From the NCBI RefSeq assembly GCF_001194135.2, contig NC_068982.1:74694610-74758609 (forward strand): a stretch of DNA of 64,000 bases. Direction: 5' to 3'. A program made the translations under genes and the position numbers. Positions within the stretch are counted from its first letter, which is position 1. The number at the start of each line of letters is the position of its first letter. The DNA is from Octopus bimaculoides. Taxonomy: Eukaryota. The notes under the pieces are model-generated. The model was not told where the DNA came from, searched no databases, and saw only the letters and a list, made by a program, of their open reading frames with translations. Shown here piece by piece: positions 11,571 through 26,372 of the stretch.

Positions 11571-12484
11571 AGCATTCACATCATAGGTTCATTTCCCCAT
11601 GTTGGCATTGGTTAGGTCTCACAGTAATTTGTCATTTGTTGCAATCTTTCATCAACAGCAACAAGAGAATCAATATCAGTTATCTTTGCTATTATATTAT
11701 GTATTAGGGTTACATTCCTAAATGGTATTTCTCCCTGCTATATACCATTGCAGTCATCAACCACTTTACATTATGACATAACATTTGTACTTTCTTTGAT
11801 GTATAGATTACAGATTTGTATCCTGACCAAGATGTATATCTTTGAGTAAGCCACAATTCTTGGCATAAGTCAGTGTGAAGTCAGTGTGTTTTTTTTAAGC
11901 ATTGGTATGCTGGCAAACATAGAAGAGCACCGAATTGAATATTTTAACTGTATTTAATGTCATCATTTTATATACTGAGCTGATATTGTCAGGGTCAGAT
12001 TTGCTTATGATAAAGTAAATTCTACTGATGTACTGGAGTTAAATCAAATATTCTATCTCCAAATTCCAGAAAATAATTTCATTTGATTAAAGCAATTCTT
12101 TACAGTAACAGCGATGGTTCACTGCTGATCAAAACAGTCTGCCATTGTAACTTAGAAAATAATAGCAGGCCAGACCAATTTACTTTAAACTATTAAATTT
12201 CTTTATTCTAAATTCAAGTTCTTCTGAAATCAGTTTTAACCTTGACCTTTCATTTCTCCAGATTTATTATGGACCAATACCGAACTAAACATTTTTTCAA
12301 GTTTGAATGAAGTCTCTATTTTAACTGTTGTACAAAAATTTAAGTAGTGCAGAAAAACTGATGTATCCTTTCCAGGTTGTAACGGCCCTATATGCATGGT
12401 GTCTGTCTTACATTTCTCTAGAATTAAGCAGATGAATGTGAGTGTGTGTAAGTAAACTTGTGTCTGAATATAAGTATTTATTAA

Positions 12485-12676
12485 TCCTGTTCATACCAAT
12501 CTGTCTATGATTCAAACTTCCTGTTTTAAAGTGATCTAAACTAGAACCTTCCATCAAGATTTCATGTTAATTTATATTCCAAATACCAGCTTAATATTGA
12601 CAGTTACTCCTCATTATTTTACCAAATTAACTGAAATAAACTAATGTATTTCTACTAAAATATGTTAACAAAAGGG
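12485..12676. mobile_element. piggyBac-type MITE P1
   Basis: TTAA|TCCTGTTCATACC...GTTAACAAAAGGG|TTAA. Confidence 0.8.
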
Positions 12677-13804
12677 TTAAATTCTGATATTTTCTAAAAA
12701 GCAGTAATAATGGAGAATGCAGCCATGAGGGGAAACTAGAGAATCATGATTGCTACCATTTAACTCTGCTGCACTTGACTTACATCCCACAAGTCAGGAG
12801 GTTATTGAATGGGCAGTATTTTATCATCACACACATCCATGATACCACAATGACCACTTCTGAAAGCTCTGTTTAAAAGATCCTCCTGCACATGAAAATG
12901 ATTATAGTGAATGAAGCATGCATCAGAACTGCTATTCACTTTTCAGACAGTTAAGCTTTTCTTCCTGTGTCCCAACATTTTTTGAGACCACCAGAAACAT
13001 CGATCCCCAGCTTTTACACATTAGAGTACCTTTCTCCTAGAATGGTGTGCTAACAAGAACTAGGGGCCCATCACTCCCAAAATGGTCTAAGCATGTCTGT
13101 TCATCCCATTTCAAGTATTTCTGTCCATAGTCAATGCTAAATATTTGTTGGCCCTATGTTGGGGTGGGGAGGGGGTCATCCCTTGTGAACTGAATAGATG
13201 GAAGCTCATCAGATAGGACTGTATTTTACATTTGGGTTGCTACTGTTTGGAAATAGTTTTACTCTTTTAAAGAAATCAGCTTCCAACTTGGGGCTGTCAT
13301 GATCTCCAGGACTCATAAGGCCACAAGTTCCCAGTTATTTATTGTTGGAGCTCATTTACGAGAGCAGTGTGAAATGAACACACTGCACCACCTGATCCAG
13401 GAGTTGAAACCTTATAATTGTGATGCAACACTTTAACCACTAGGTCACACTCCTTTATCAAAAAAGTCAGTGCTTTAAGTAATTGAATTTATTTCAATGT
13501 GTTACCCACAAGGAAGTAGGTGTGTTTTTATATATGATGCAGGACTGTTGTAGTAACTATTCTCCCATTGAAAGAATTGAACTCAGCACTGTAAGATAAC
13601 AAAATAATTATCAGCTTTACAGTGCATTTGTTGCCTGCAACAATGAATCATGCCACCTATAGTGCTTACTTAAATGACCTACATGGAATTGTCTGGGTCA
13701 AGGATACAAGGCAACACAGTATTAAACTTAAATACTAAACTGATCACCACCATGTTGGTTGCTATTAAATTATAAGGATTAATCTGATCAGCAAATGGCT
13801 ATTT

Positions 13805-14003
13805 GAACCATTATCATTCTCATTTAATGTCCACTTTTCTATGTTTGCATGGGTCAGATGGAATTTATTGAAGCGACTGTTTCTATGGCCAACCCTCACC
13901 TATTTCCAAGCATGGTAATATTTCCCCATAGCCTGACATGTTTTTCATAGAAGACTCCAATAAGCAATATTGTTTATATGATGCTTGTTTACACATACAC
14001 ACG

Positions 14004-14057
<54 letters not shown>

Positions 14058-14200
14058 GAGCTTCTTCTGCCTCCAAATCCTTCAAGAATTTGGTCAGCTT
14101 AGCACTGTAATAGAAGACACTTGCCCAAAGTGTCACATAGTGTAACTGAACCAATGACTACATGGTTAGGAAGCAAGGTTTTCAACCATGCCTGCACCTA
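13805..14200 (-). mobile_element. SINE type B
   Basis: Full reverse-complement copy with internal (CA)n. Confidence 0.85.
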
Positions 14201-14891
14201 TCTAAATGTTTGACCTTTTGACACCAACTTGCCTGAGACCATCCTTGTTTCTGTGATACAAACTTCCNNNNNNNNNNNNNNNNNNNNNNNNNNNNNNNNN
14301 NNNNNNNNNNNNNNNNNNNNNNNNNNNNNNNNNNNNNNNNNNNNNNNNNNNNNNNNNNNNNNNNNNNNNNNNNNNNNNNNNNNNNNNNNNNNNNNNNNNN
14401 NNNNNNNNNNNNNNNNNNNNNNNNNNNNNNNNNNNNNNNNNNNNNNNNNNNNNNNNNNNNNNNNNNNNNNNNNNNNNNNNNNNNNNNNNNNNNNNNNNNN
14501 NNNNNNNNNNNNNNNNNNNNNNNNNNNNNNNNNNNNNNNNNNNNNNNNNNNNNNNNNNNNNNNNNNNNNNNNNNNNNNNNNNNNNNNNNNNNNNNNNNNN
14601 NNNNNNNNNNNNNNNNNNNNNNNNNNNNNNNNNNNAATGGGGGTGAGATAACCAAAAAGTGCTGAAGAAATCATTTCATGGTCTTTTTAAAATACTGGTT
14701 ATATACTTTACCATGGCTTTACAAAATGTTATTCCATATAGAAAAAAATGACAATTGCATTTCATTATTGATTGGTGAACTAATAGTCATATAACAAAAT
14801 GAAGATTGTTACTATTTTGTTACTTTATTTTTTTATTGGGTACGTGGAAACTGTGGAAGCTTTTCGTGTGTGTGTGTGTGTGTGTGTGTGT

Positions 14892-15200
14892 GAAGGCACA
14901 TGGCTTGGTGGTTAGGGTATTCGGCTCACAATCATGACGTGAGTTCAATTCCCAGTGATGAATTGTGTCATTGAGCAAGACACTTTATTTCACATGCTCC
15001 AGCCCACTCAGCTGGCAAAAATCAGTAGTACCTGTATTTCAAAGGCCAGCCTTTCCTATCCTGTGCCACACTGAATGTCCCTGAGAACTGTTAAAGATAC
15101 ACGTATCTGTGGACCACTCAGCCACATACATGTTAATTTCACAGGCAGACTGTTCCATTGATTGGATTAACTGGAACCCTTGTTGTCATAGCCGACAGTG
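14892..15200 (+). mobile_element. SINE type D (tRNA head + CORE-like central segment)
   Basis: tggcttggtggttagg...gagttcaattccc...ttgagcaagacactttatttcacatgctccagcccactcagctg. Confidence 0.7.
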
Positions 15201-15224
15201 CCAATGTGTGTGTGTGTGTGCATA

Positions 15225-15420
15225 TCTACACTTGCTCCCTCCCGTCACTTAACAGGTGTTGACTTGTTTACATCCCCAAAATTTACCAGTTCATCAAAAG
15301 AATCTGATAGAATAAGTACCAGGCTTAGGAATAAGTACTGGAGTCAATTCGTTTGACTAAACCCTTCAAGGTAATGCCCAAGCATGGCTGCAGTCCAATG
15401 ACAAACAAATGATAAAAGAT
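15225..15420 (+). mobile_element. SINE type A 3' module
   Basis: gatagaataagtaccagg...taagtactgg...aaacccttcaagg...gcatggctgcagtccaatgac. Confidence 0.75.
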
Positions 15421-17886
15421 TTACTTCATCTAGTTTTGCACCTGTTTTAGGTTGTTCTTAGTCCATCTGTACGAACTTTGTATTCAAGAGTTTTGATATT
15501 GAAGCAAATCTAAGCACTTTGCTTTCTTTATCTAATTATCTCTATTTAAGATTTATGTTTTTGATAAAAATTTCATTGGTTGCTATTTTACGTCTATTTT
15601 TTCATACAGGCATGGGTAGGATGAATTTTGAAAACTGAACCTATGTAAATGCTGGAATAATTTGTTTTAAAATTACATCTTTCCTCCTACAAACCGCTTA
15701 ATTATGAAGTAGAGGTGCGTCATATTATCTAGACAAGCAGAGTAAGTGGGTTTAGAAAATAATGCTAAACTTGTTTGTAACCTCTTAGTTAATTGTCCAA
15801 CAATGTAAGCTCAGTCAGTCTCTGCCCTTGTTCCCATCTGTGTTTGTGACTTGCTGACATATTTGTTTATGTTTTATTTTAAATATACTATTACATTTAA
15901 TATTTCAGTTCTTCAATCATTTCTCACAAATGGCAATACCATAATGTAGTTGAACCAGAGAGATGCTTGACCTTTTTCTACTCTCTCCTGCTGATTTAAT
16001 ATATCTTGACTAATTTTACTTAGTGATGAGGAAAGCAAACAATCTTTTACTTACATTATTTACATTTGATGGATATTTGTCCTGTACATAATTCCTCATC
16101 TCTTAAATATAGAACTGTATAATCTTTTACTTGTTGAATTGTCAAAAGTTCAGTGTTTCTTTGATTGGTAATCATTTGTAATTATTGTTTTGTACAGTTT
16201 TTGCACTCAAGTGATTATGAATATTCTAATTTGTTCTCAGTCAAATGTTACATTTGTCAAACTCATCCCCACTTAAAGTTTCCCCCCCATAAGCTTTTTC
16301 AACCAGCCCTTTCTCTGATTTTACTATTGTTAATTTTGGGGAGTTGTCCTGTTTGGTAGATTTACCTAAACTTAATGGTGATAAGTTATTGGGCTAGTAG
16401 TTGACTTTGAATCTTCTGCAGGTTACTCATCCATTTAGAAAGAACTTATAATTCTACATGCATTATGACTCTTGACTCAGCTACAGAGAAAGCGCAAGAC
16501 TTTGGTTGCTAGACTTGTGTACATTTTAAGACATGGGATATATGTAGTTAGTAATCAATTATATTGATGTATCAACAAAGGCGATATAAGTTCAATTCCA
16601 TCACCAATATAATCAGCCTGGGATGGTTTGCAAAATTCAAGGCCATTCCTTTGCTTTATTCATCAAAGTAACCTCCATGCTTAAACCCCCTGAAATATGT
16701 CTGCTTTGGTAATGTGTTGATCAGTAAAGGCAGAGTTGATTCTATTCACATTTCAAACTTAGCCATTTGCCTCATGTTAACTGTTCTCTTATAGTTACTG
16801 AGATAGTGTCTTTCATTTATATTGCTATTTATTAATCACAGAAATATGGAATTATGTAAGCCTTTAACGAATCTTTTAGTTGATTAGCAGCTTATGTCAC
16901 AGTTATTAATCACTTGGACTCTGTCTTGATATTAATGTTGCAATTTGTGCTCATTAACTCCTTAAGATGTGCTAAGTTAAATAGTACTAATTAATTTAGA
17001 GGTGTTAATCTTCAGGAATTTAAGTCTTAAAATAGTAGCAATGGAGTATGGTGCATGGTGTGACAGTATTTATGTGATACCATCATTTACCATGTTTTTA
17101 TTATTTCTGATTCTTATACCAATGTTAGTTATTAATTCGCTTCCTTGCTTCTTGGTCGCCTTCCTCTAACTCCCTGCATGCTGAAAATTATTTTCTCCCT
17201 GAACTAACAGCCAGACCCCATCCTTAACTCCCAACCCAACCCAGTCAGCCAGAGTTGTTATTTAGTTTTCTTTGGTGGATGAGTCACCTTCATCAGGCTG
17301 GGAATTTCAAATTAAAGACAAAAGTTGACTGAGATGTAGTCTAGCAGAGATGAGAAATGAAAGACAAAAAAGAAATATTTTACGCGTCTGAGTAAAAGAA
17401 TATGTCTGCTGCTGCACCACAACACTTCTTAATTGTTGTGTATTTAAGAAGGGGAGTGTGTTACTATATAGCACCATTTAATTGTTTCTTCTGTATTAGA
17501 GAGTGTATAACCGACACCATTATTATTAAATTGTGTGGCTGGGAGCAGACGGGGTGGTATGTGAGGGAAGAATAAGAGTAGAGCCATACATCACTTGTCT
17601 TAATTGCATTGTTTCCATGATTGGGTTTTGTTTAGAGTTTTGCTGCTTTATTTTATTTTATGTTAAAATTCTATTCACAAAATATGAAGATAAGGGCTGG
17701 CAACAATACCTAGACACTTCTTTATTCACCCCTAAAACCAATATATAATTTGCATGATGAACTTATTATTTATAAGCTATGACTAAACAATCTTAATGGG
17801 GGGGGGGGTTCTGTATTTCTGTCAGTTTTCCATACTTTTTAAAAATAGATTTATTTTCTGCGTCTTATGATTTGATTTGACTTGAC

Positions 17887-17922
<36 letters not shown>

Positions 17923-19555
17923 TCTTCACATAGAGTTTATTGCTGGTATTTGAAAATCCATGCATTTCATTATCACTCGTCCTAATCTACACAACATCAC
18001 TCATGGATGTCAATTCCAACTTGAGAGCAAATTTCCTTCCAGGCTGTGCAAGATGATATTACATATGCCAACTCTGAAACAGTGCACAATCCTGTATCCC
18101 ACATAAGCTCCTGACACCAATTTTGAATACACCCTGATGAGGCTGTAGAAAATTTGCAGTGACAGGTTGATCCGTTTGATGAAAATAGTGACCTGCAAAT
18201 TTCAGCTGTCTTCATTTCGATTGTCTGACTGACAGTAAAAGTATTTTAACAAAAGTATGATTACAAAAAGGTTAACACCACCTTGGACCCTAGGTGTTTT
18301 GGTGACTTCCTCTCTGATGCAATCATTTAGGTTAGGTTTTAATAAGAATAACCTTCTCTTCTAGCATTAATTAATCCATTATATAAAATTTATAGGCTTG
18401 TAACCTGACTTTAAATCATTTAGTTTTTAATTTGATTTCTACCTTAACACTTTAAATAAAGTGATATTGTGGCCAATTCAACTACACTTGTTCTACTTTA
18501 GGAGATGTAAAGAGTGTAATCTCTTCATCTGTTTATCTTTCTTTCTGCATATTCTATCTGAAATGCTTATTCACTTATTACATACAGTCAATCCCCTTTC
18601 TCTTTTAAAGACACTTTCTTTTTTCTTACATTTATAAGATATTTCTTATGTGCACAGATCTACAACTACTATTGGTGAGTTGAGCACATATAGATTATCA
18701 TCCTCCGGTCTAATTCCAGTAAAGTGGTGTGGTCAGTACTGTACTCAATAACATTTATTGGTTATGATATACAGAGCAAATGCAGTAGAAATTATGATAC
18801 ACACAAGACGCAGTTTATATCATTTGTTCCCTACAAACATTTCACCATCATCTTGTGTTTATCATGCTTTTTCCTTATATGCATGCTAACACACTTTCCA
18901 TTAAACTGCTCCCTTTTCCATTAAGTCTCTGATCACGTTCTCTCGCAATGTCACTTAACCTCTCAATCATACTTCATCCTTTTAGTCTATTTTCTATCCC
19001 TATTGCATACACTTTTTTTTTCTCTGTGGTTATGCATTTTACCTAATGCTTTATACATAAGTAATAATTATATCTGAAGTGTCTTTCTATAACGATTTTA
19101 GGATTATTTTAAAAGTAATTACTGTATCAAGCCGTGAGTTCTATTTATATATAAGGCCCTATTTTAATTTTTGATTTCTTTTTTTTTTTTTTTTTTTTTT
19201 TTNNNNNNNNNNNNNNNNNNNNNNNNNNNNNNNNNNNNNNNNNNNNNNNNNNNNNNNNNNNNNNNNNNNNNNNNNNNNNNNNNNNNNNNNNNNNNNNNNN
19301 NNNNNNNNNNNNNNNNNNNNNNNNNNNNNNNNNNNNNNNNNNNNNNNNNNNNNNNNNNNNNNNNNNNNNNNNNNNNNNNNNNNNNNNNNNNNNNNNNNNN
19401 NNNNNNNNNNNNNNNNNNNNNNNNNNNNNNNNNNNNNNNNNNNNNNNNNNNNNNNNNNNNNNNNNNNNNNNNNNNNNNNNNNNNNNNNNNNNNNNNNNNN
19501 NNNNNNNNNNNNNNNNNNNNNNNNNNNNNNNNNNNNNNNNNNNNNNNNNNNNNNN

Positions 19556-19595
<40 letters not shown>

Positions 19596-19600
19596 ATGTG

Positions 19601-19633
<33 letters not shown>

Positions 19634-19812
19634 ATATATGTGTGTGTGTATATATATATGTGTGTGTGTGTGTGTGTATATATATATGTGTCAATATGTG
19701 TGTATATATATGTATGTATATATGTATATGTTTATATGTATATATGTGTGTATATGCATGTATATATGTGTGTATATATATGTATATATGTGTGTATGTA
19801 CATATGTGTATA
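19556..19812. repeat. Compound (TA)/(TG)/(TATG) microsatellite next to an assembly gap
   Basis: Seen directly. Confidence 0.95.
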
Positions 19813-20029
19813 TAAAAGATTTTTTTTTCATTTCTTATATTTTTCTCCTTTTTCTATATCACAGTTTTTATGAATAGCCTTGTTGGATACATTTTTCCAA
19901 TGAGCCAATCACTTGTTTACTGTGTGTTACAAGAGTGGCAAAGGAATGTCTTTTACTTGTTTCAGTCATTGGACTGTGACCATACTGGAGCACCACCTTG
20001 AGAAGTTTATAAAGGTTTTGATAGCTTTA

Positions 20030-20205
20030 TAATTTAGGCACAAGGCCTAAATTTTAATGTGGGTGGGATTAGTTGATACTATCGACATCAATGCTTTACT
20101 GGTACTTTATTTTTTGACTCTGGTGAGATGAAAAGTCAAATGACCTTGGCAGTGTTTGAGCTCAGAATGTAAAGAGCTGAGCAAACTACTGCATGGTATT
20201 ATGTC
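20030..20205 (-). mobile_element. SINE type C, eroded
   Basis: Reverse-complement similarity to the 60097-60865 copies. Confidence 0.65.
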
Positions 20206-20239
20206 TAATACTTGCTGGTTGTTTGTTTATTTATTGAGA

Positions 20240-20545
20240 CAGATTTTCTATAATCAGATGCTCTTCCAGTTGCCAACTCTACACCTGCTTCCAAGCATGG
20301 TAATATTTCCTCATGGTTAGATATGATATTCATTTACAACTGTCATACAATGCTGAAGCAAGGAGACACAAATACACAAACACACACAAGACATCTTTCA
20401 GTTTTGATCTTCCAAATTCATTCACAAGGCTTTGGTCACCCTGGGACTGTAGTAGAGGGCACCTGCCGAAGGTACTACTCAGTGGGACTGGACCCAAGAC
20501 CATATGATTGGGATGCAAGCTTCTAAACCAATGGCGAGCACCTGA
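20240..20545 (-). mobile_element. SINE type B
   Basis: Reverse-complement body and head. Confidence 0.8.
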
Positions 20546-20646
20546 ACCTTTTGTTGTCACGTTAAAGTACCATCCAGTGCCCCTGAACCCCAAAATGTGT
20601 TTGGATGGAAAATTTCTTAACCATCCAGTTACACTTCTTTAACATC

Positions 20647-20696
<50 letters not shown>

Positions 20697-21004
20697 CAAG
20701 CTTTCTGTTGCACTTTGGATTTGTGCACATTCTTTTGTTACAGGGACTATGAGCTCTTCTGCTGCAATAACAATATTTTGTTTCTGGGTTGTAGTCATAA
20801 ACTCAACTTTCAATGCTTGTTAATGATTTCAGAGGTGAAAGTTTGGCCAGTGTTAGATTTCTCCCCAAAAATTCCAAACCACCTTGGAATACCACTGCTT
20901 TTGATGAAGTATCAAGAACTGGGGTGGGTGGCAGGTTTTGTGTGAATTTCTGGAAGACTCCATAACTGATTCCAACCATATGGGTGGGTTGATGACTGTC
21001 ATGT

Positions 21005-21201
21005 TCTAGTGTTTTACAAGTGACTGGCTACCCTCAATGCTCTTTATCTTGAACTGACACTCTGCTGACCTTGCATCGTGTATACATGTGTACCTCAAAC
21101 CCTTCTGTTTTAACCTAAAGAATATTTACCAAAAGACTGATGAAGCATTTCAAGGGTCTAGATTTACCAAGATTCATGCAAAATTTGATGCTGGCCTGTT
21201 C
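21005..21201 (-). mobile_element. Mariner transposase N-terminal (HTH) fragment, decayed
   Basis: Minus-strand translation EQASIKFCMNLGKS...SRVSVQDKEH*G*PVTCKT resembles mariner EQRxxIKFCxxLGKS...GRESVEDxxRSGRPxTS. Confidence 0.65.
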
Positions 21202-22784
21202 GAATTATATATTATCCATTGTTAAAAATCACAGAATCATTCTGTACTTTCATTACAAACCTTCACATAATAACTGAATATGAGAAGGTAGCAAGCAGCC
21301 TATGTTTAGACTAAAGAGGCTGGCTTCCAATGGTTGGCACACGTTTCCATTGAACAGTACAATCATGGCATGTATAGTCTGGAAACTTTATGATAACACT
21401 TTGTGTAATAGATGGTAGGTCTCGTTCAACTGAATTGATATGTAAATGTTTGAATATTTCACACACACGTGTGCTCTTAACATCATTTTCATAGAGAATC
21501 AATGTAGCATAGTTTCTGACAATACTGTGCTCATCGTACTTGTGTTTAGTTTCTGTCTACTCAGTTTCATTCACAAGCTTTGGGTTGACCTAAGGCTATA
21601 CAAAATGGGAGCTTAAGGTTGCTAAGCAAACATCTTAACCATTTGGTCATAATACCCAAGGCAGCACTTACCCTAGGTACCATACAATAGGAATCCACAG
21701 ATTGCAAAGCAAATTTTTTATCCCCATAATCCTATCTGTGTTTAGCATTGATGTATTTGAACTTACATATCTCAGATAATAAAGGTTGAAAGTAAGTAAC
21801 TTTTTACCAAAAATAAATAACTTTTTTACCAAGAATTAAAAAAAAAACCCAATGCCTAATGCTTCTGAACAACTTGTGTTTATTTTATTTGTTCTGGTCT
21901 GGTCAGTGTAAAGTGATATGACATGTGAATGTATTCTAATGTACTTTAGATTTTCCTTTAGTAAACATTGCAATAAGATTTAGACATTTTCTTTAACATT
22001 CTTTTGATAGTTAATTGGCTTCTGTCATATCCAAGTTGTGACTGCTGATGGCAAATTGTTGGTTTCCAAAAATGCCTCATATTTATTGATGGGCCCTGAG
22101 AAACCAACTATTCTAGTTTGTTTTGAAATTAGGTAATTAATAAAGGAATGTTTATATCTAGAGCTCCAAATTTAAATTACAATTGTTTGTTTGACCAATT
22201 GAGGTTAAATTTTTTTTCACTAATAGGATTTTTTTTTTTCTTTTTTTTTTTGTGATTTGATATTCTTTATAATGTTGACCCACTGATTTTGTACTTATTT
22301 TTCGACTAGTTAACCTTACTGAGTAATCTGCATCATGTTTTCATATGTCAATGAGATTTTCATGGTAGAAATAAAGGCTAATTGTTAGTAAGAGAGCTAT
22401 GTTAGTAGGTTTCTTTGGTGGGGGGTGCAATGTGTGTGTAGCTATTCAGCTTTGGTTTGCTTCAAAGTTAAGCAGTCTGTATATTTTTAATGGGTTAGAA
22501 AAACAAAATTTGCTCATATTTTCACACACACACACACACACACACATAGTTTGCTTTCTATTCTCTTCTGGTCTTACTAAACACTGGACATATATAAAAT
22601 ACTGAGATTTTCTGTTCATGTTTGGATATTTCAAATTATTAATTATGTCATGCAAAGACTTGAATTTTGGGGATGGGTATGTGTAAGCATGCTTGAAATT
22701 TGGTTGTTGTCAGTACCTGATGATTTGATGGTGTGACTAAGTTTTCTGTTTATGGAAATAAAACTTAGCTTTATAATAATAATC

Positions 22785-22990
22785 CTTTCAGCTGAATGCC
22801 CAAGGCTTGAAATTTGGGGATAGAGTACTAGTCAACTACATCAACTCCAGTGTTTCACTGGTACTTAATTTACCAACCCTGAAAGGATGAAAGGCAACAT
22901 CAACCTCAGCGGAATTTGAACTCAGAATGTCATGACGGACAAAATACCGATAAGTATTTTGCCCAGTGTGCTAACAACTCTGCCAGTTTG
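22785..22990 (-). mobile_element. SINE type C
   Basis: Reverse-complement copy next to an (AAT)n tail; 3 CpGs by eye. Confidence 0.8.
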
Positions 22991-23005
22991 AAGTTTTTTT
23001 TTTTT

Positions 23006-23071
<66 letters not shown>

Positions 23072-26000
23072 TAAGCTGTGGATCATAATTTGTTATGAAG
23101 TAATTCAGATTCAAATCTTGTTTCAACAACAGTAGCTATCTAATGTTTCAATTGTACCTTAAAGCCTGGCTTTTCAGTAAAACTATTTTTTTTAGAAAAA
23201 TCAATTCTGTTGGTATCATTCTATCTTCAGTAGGTGATTGATGATGTAACAAATATATTCCTCACTTTACTAATGTAAGGCTGGTGGTTATGTGAATAGA
23301 TCTAAATATTTATTTACAGGAATGTTTTAAAAAGCAAGTTAATGGCCCAGAGCAAATCTAATTTTATTTTCATTCAACAACTGGAATTTGAAAGTAGATT
23401 TAGGTAAACTCTAAATGCTATATTTATTCCAAGCGATTATTAGTGTGTAGCCATCTGTTCTGAAACAATAGTTTGAATACTTATTGTTAAAATAGATTCA
23501 CTAACGTTGCTAACCTTGAAGATATATTAACTTGCCTTTTCCCAATTGCTTTCATTGACTGGTATGCAGTTCTTACTCTTTAAATTTCTCTTTTATCTAT
23601 GGTGCTACTGATTTTATTGCGAGATATCGAAGTTTTTTTTTTTTTTTTTTTTTTTTTTCCCCCCTCTCTAATGCAGCTGCAACATTATTTTATACAACAA
23701 AGGAAAGAAGTTAAATTCTAAGTTCTCTGATAGTATATCCAGATATTATTCAAAGAAAACCAATTTTATTTCTCAATTAGTTTTTGAAATTTTTTCTTTG
23801 TCCCTCCCTCCCTTCACTCTCTCTCATGAATTACAAAATCACATGAGATTGCAAAAACTTCAAAATTCTTTTTAACTTTATTGCATTTTACTTCCTCTCT
23901 AGTTTTTTCCTGTCTGAAAAATATATGGTTTCATTTTACAGAACTTTGGTTAGACTTTCCTATATATTAGATTTACCTAACCATGGTTCTTTTTGTTTAT
24001 TTATTTATTTATTTATTTTTAATTTGAACCAAATAACTCTTATCTGTTAACTGAAGCAGACACGTTCAAGAATGTTGCCTTCCAAAACATCTTTATCCAA
24101 ACTGCAGTCTTGTTTAATTTCAATTTCTGTGAATATTTATTTTTGGCAGAATGTCATTTCCAGCAACCTACAAGACAAATAATCTTGTTTCCTCGCTTGT
24201 ATCTAATATCACACCTTTGTTCAACATAACACCCTTTCCTCTACCCTTCTAGATAGCAGCACCAATATCAAGATTGAATGAACTTGTTGGCATTCACCAC
24301 CTCCATTTGGTTGGGATGGGGACTATGTCTGAAGGTCATATATTGCAGCTAAAATGGCCTGTCAGTCTTCTAAGTCATCTATGATTCAGATGTGTCTGTA
24401 TTTTTGTCATAACACAAAATTCAATAATTTAGATTTTTAAATTAACATCTCTTGTGTTTTCTTTGTCTATGAATGGATTTGAAAACAAAAGACATCATCA
24501 TCATCATTTTATATTCATTTTCCATGATGGATGGTTTGAGCCAGAGGACTGTGCCAAACTCTGATAAATATTTTAAATCATACTGAAAGCAAATTGATAT
24601 GTGTGTGCATGTACACAGACGCATGCAATGACCAAATGATCAATATGTTTGCTGTGCAATCATGAAGTCTTTTGTCTCAGATCAGCCCAAATTTTGTGAG
24701 AGAAATTGTGTAGACAAAAACTGTGGGAGCCCATCAAACAGATTGTACCTGTAATTCAAAGGGCCAACCTTGTAAAACTGCAAATGTTTGTGGAATTTTC
24801 AACCACTTCCTCCTTTAATTCAATAAGTACATAGTTCAGGGTCATTTGATTGACCAATTTGAATACTTATTTTTAAAATTAAGAGATTCACATTTTCATT
24901 ACAATTTTGCCTTCTGTATGTGTGTGTTTGTTTGTTTAGGTACACAGCTTAGGGTGTTTGAGGTCACAATCATAAGCCCATGGATCTGGTTCCTGGACTG
25001 AGTAGCACTTACCTTTGAGAAACGTATATCATTTCTTGCTGCTCCAGTCTACTTGGCTAAAAATGAGTGCCAGCTGACTGTCTGTTTCATCTCTCTCTCT
25101 CTTTCTCTCTGCCACGTCCTCAATGTTCCACTGAGTAGGAAGACTAAAAGGGTGTCTGTGCCTGCTTGAGATTACATGGACTCATAAAGCAAGCAAGAGT
25201 GTGGTACTTGCTACCAGGTCATACTTGCGAGTGACAACTAACCTTTTTACAGTGTGTGTGCGTGCATGCATGTGTGTTTGCTTTTCAATTATTTCCACTT
25301 CTTATCCCTCCTTTTGTACCTTCTGTACATTGGTATTGTGACCATACACTTTTCTGTCTATGATACACCACTACACAAACACACACGATTAGACTTTTCA
25401 GCCCTGTTTACAGCTTTTCAACATATTACAATTTCTTCTCCTAATATACAAACTTCTACTGTTCTTTCCATTAAAGGTCTCTTTAAAATGCTTACTTTTC
25501 TACAAAGTTCTATGAAAACCTGTAGAAAACTGTCCAAACAAATGGGGAAGTTGCCTGCCCTTGATATTTGAAGGAGCTACATGTTTAGCCATAATGCAAT
25601 TTAGTCAGTTCAGTGACTGACTTGCTCTTCTGTTGAAGATGCATTCTAAAATATATCATTCACAAGTTAGAACACCATTCTAAGGTAGACAGACAAATAC
25701 TTTGAATAGCAATTAGTTTTATCTCTATTAAATTCATTCAACAAAATTCTCTCTCTCATTTTGCCTCTGACTACGGTTAAAATTTAATAATAATCACATA
25801 CAACAACCATCTCTGTAATATATATATTTGTGACTAAACAAGATGATTTATTCTGAAACTTTGTTGGGTTTTTTTAAAGACTTATTTGGATATAAGTAGA
25901 CACGGCCCCATTTTATATAACAGCAGATTCAATCTAAAAGATCTGTTTATTTCATATCATTTGAATAGTGGCTCACAGATTAAAGAATTCTTTCAAATCA

Positions 26001-26372
26001 TATGAAATCTTACAGTTAGTGAAATTATCTTATCTGAGGTTCTAACACCACCATTGTCAGGCACCTTGGGTGTCTTTAGCAGAAACCATTCTGTTGCAAG
26101 CATTTGGACCTGATCTCTGATTTGGGGATACTGCCCTCCTTTCCTTCCACCAGTCTTGGAAACTCTGTAACAGATTATGGGCACTACCTTCATTCCTGAC
26201 TAAAAGATTTTGAAAAACGATTGTTGAGATATTACTTTACACTATATTTCTTTAGTAAACTTTGGTTTATCAACCGTTATTTTACAAATTTCGCTGCTTC
26301 TCCTCACTTAATAACCACTCACTCAGATTAGACCCTATTCTGGCCATAAGATTTTATATATATATTATAGAC

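Noticed and set aside
17255-17310. Minus CTGATGA...GAAA (similar plus-strand case at 18135-18160)
   Set aside because: No stem III and no valid NUH triplet adjacent to stem I; expected by chance.
17997-18215. 72-aa Cys-containing minus ORF
   Set aside because: No recognisable domain in any frame and no supporting splice sites.
19164-19877. Long ORFs of up to 214 aa (also 1921-2343, 14182-14674, 55921-56145)
   Set aside because: Made of N-gaps and TA/TG microsatellites; no coding signal.
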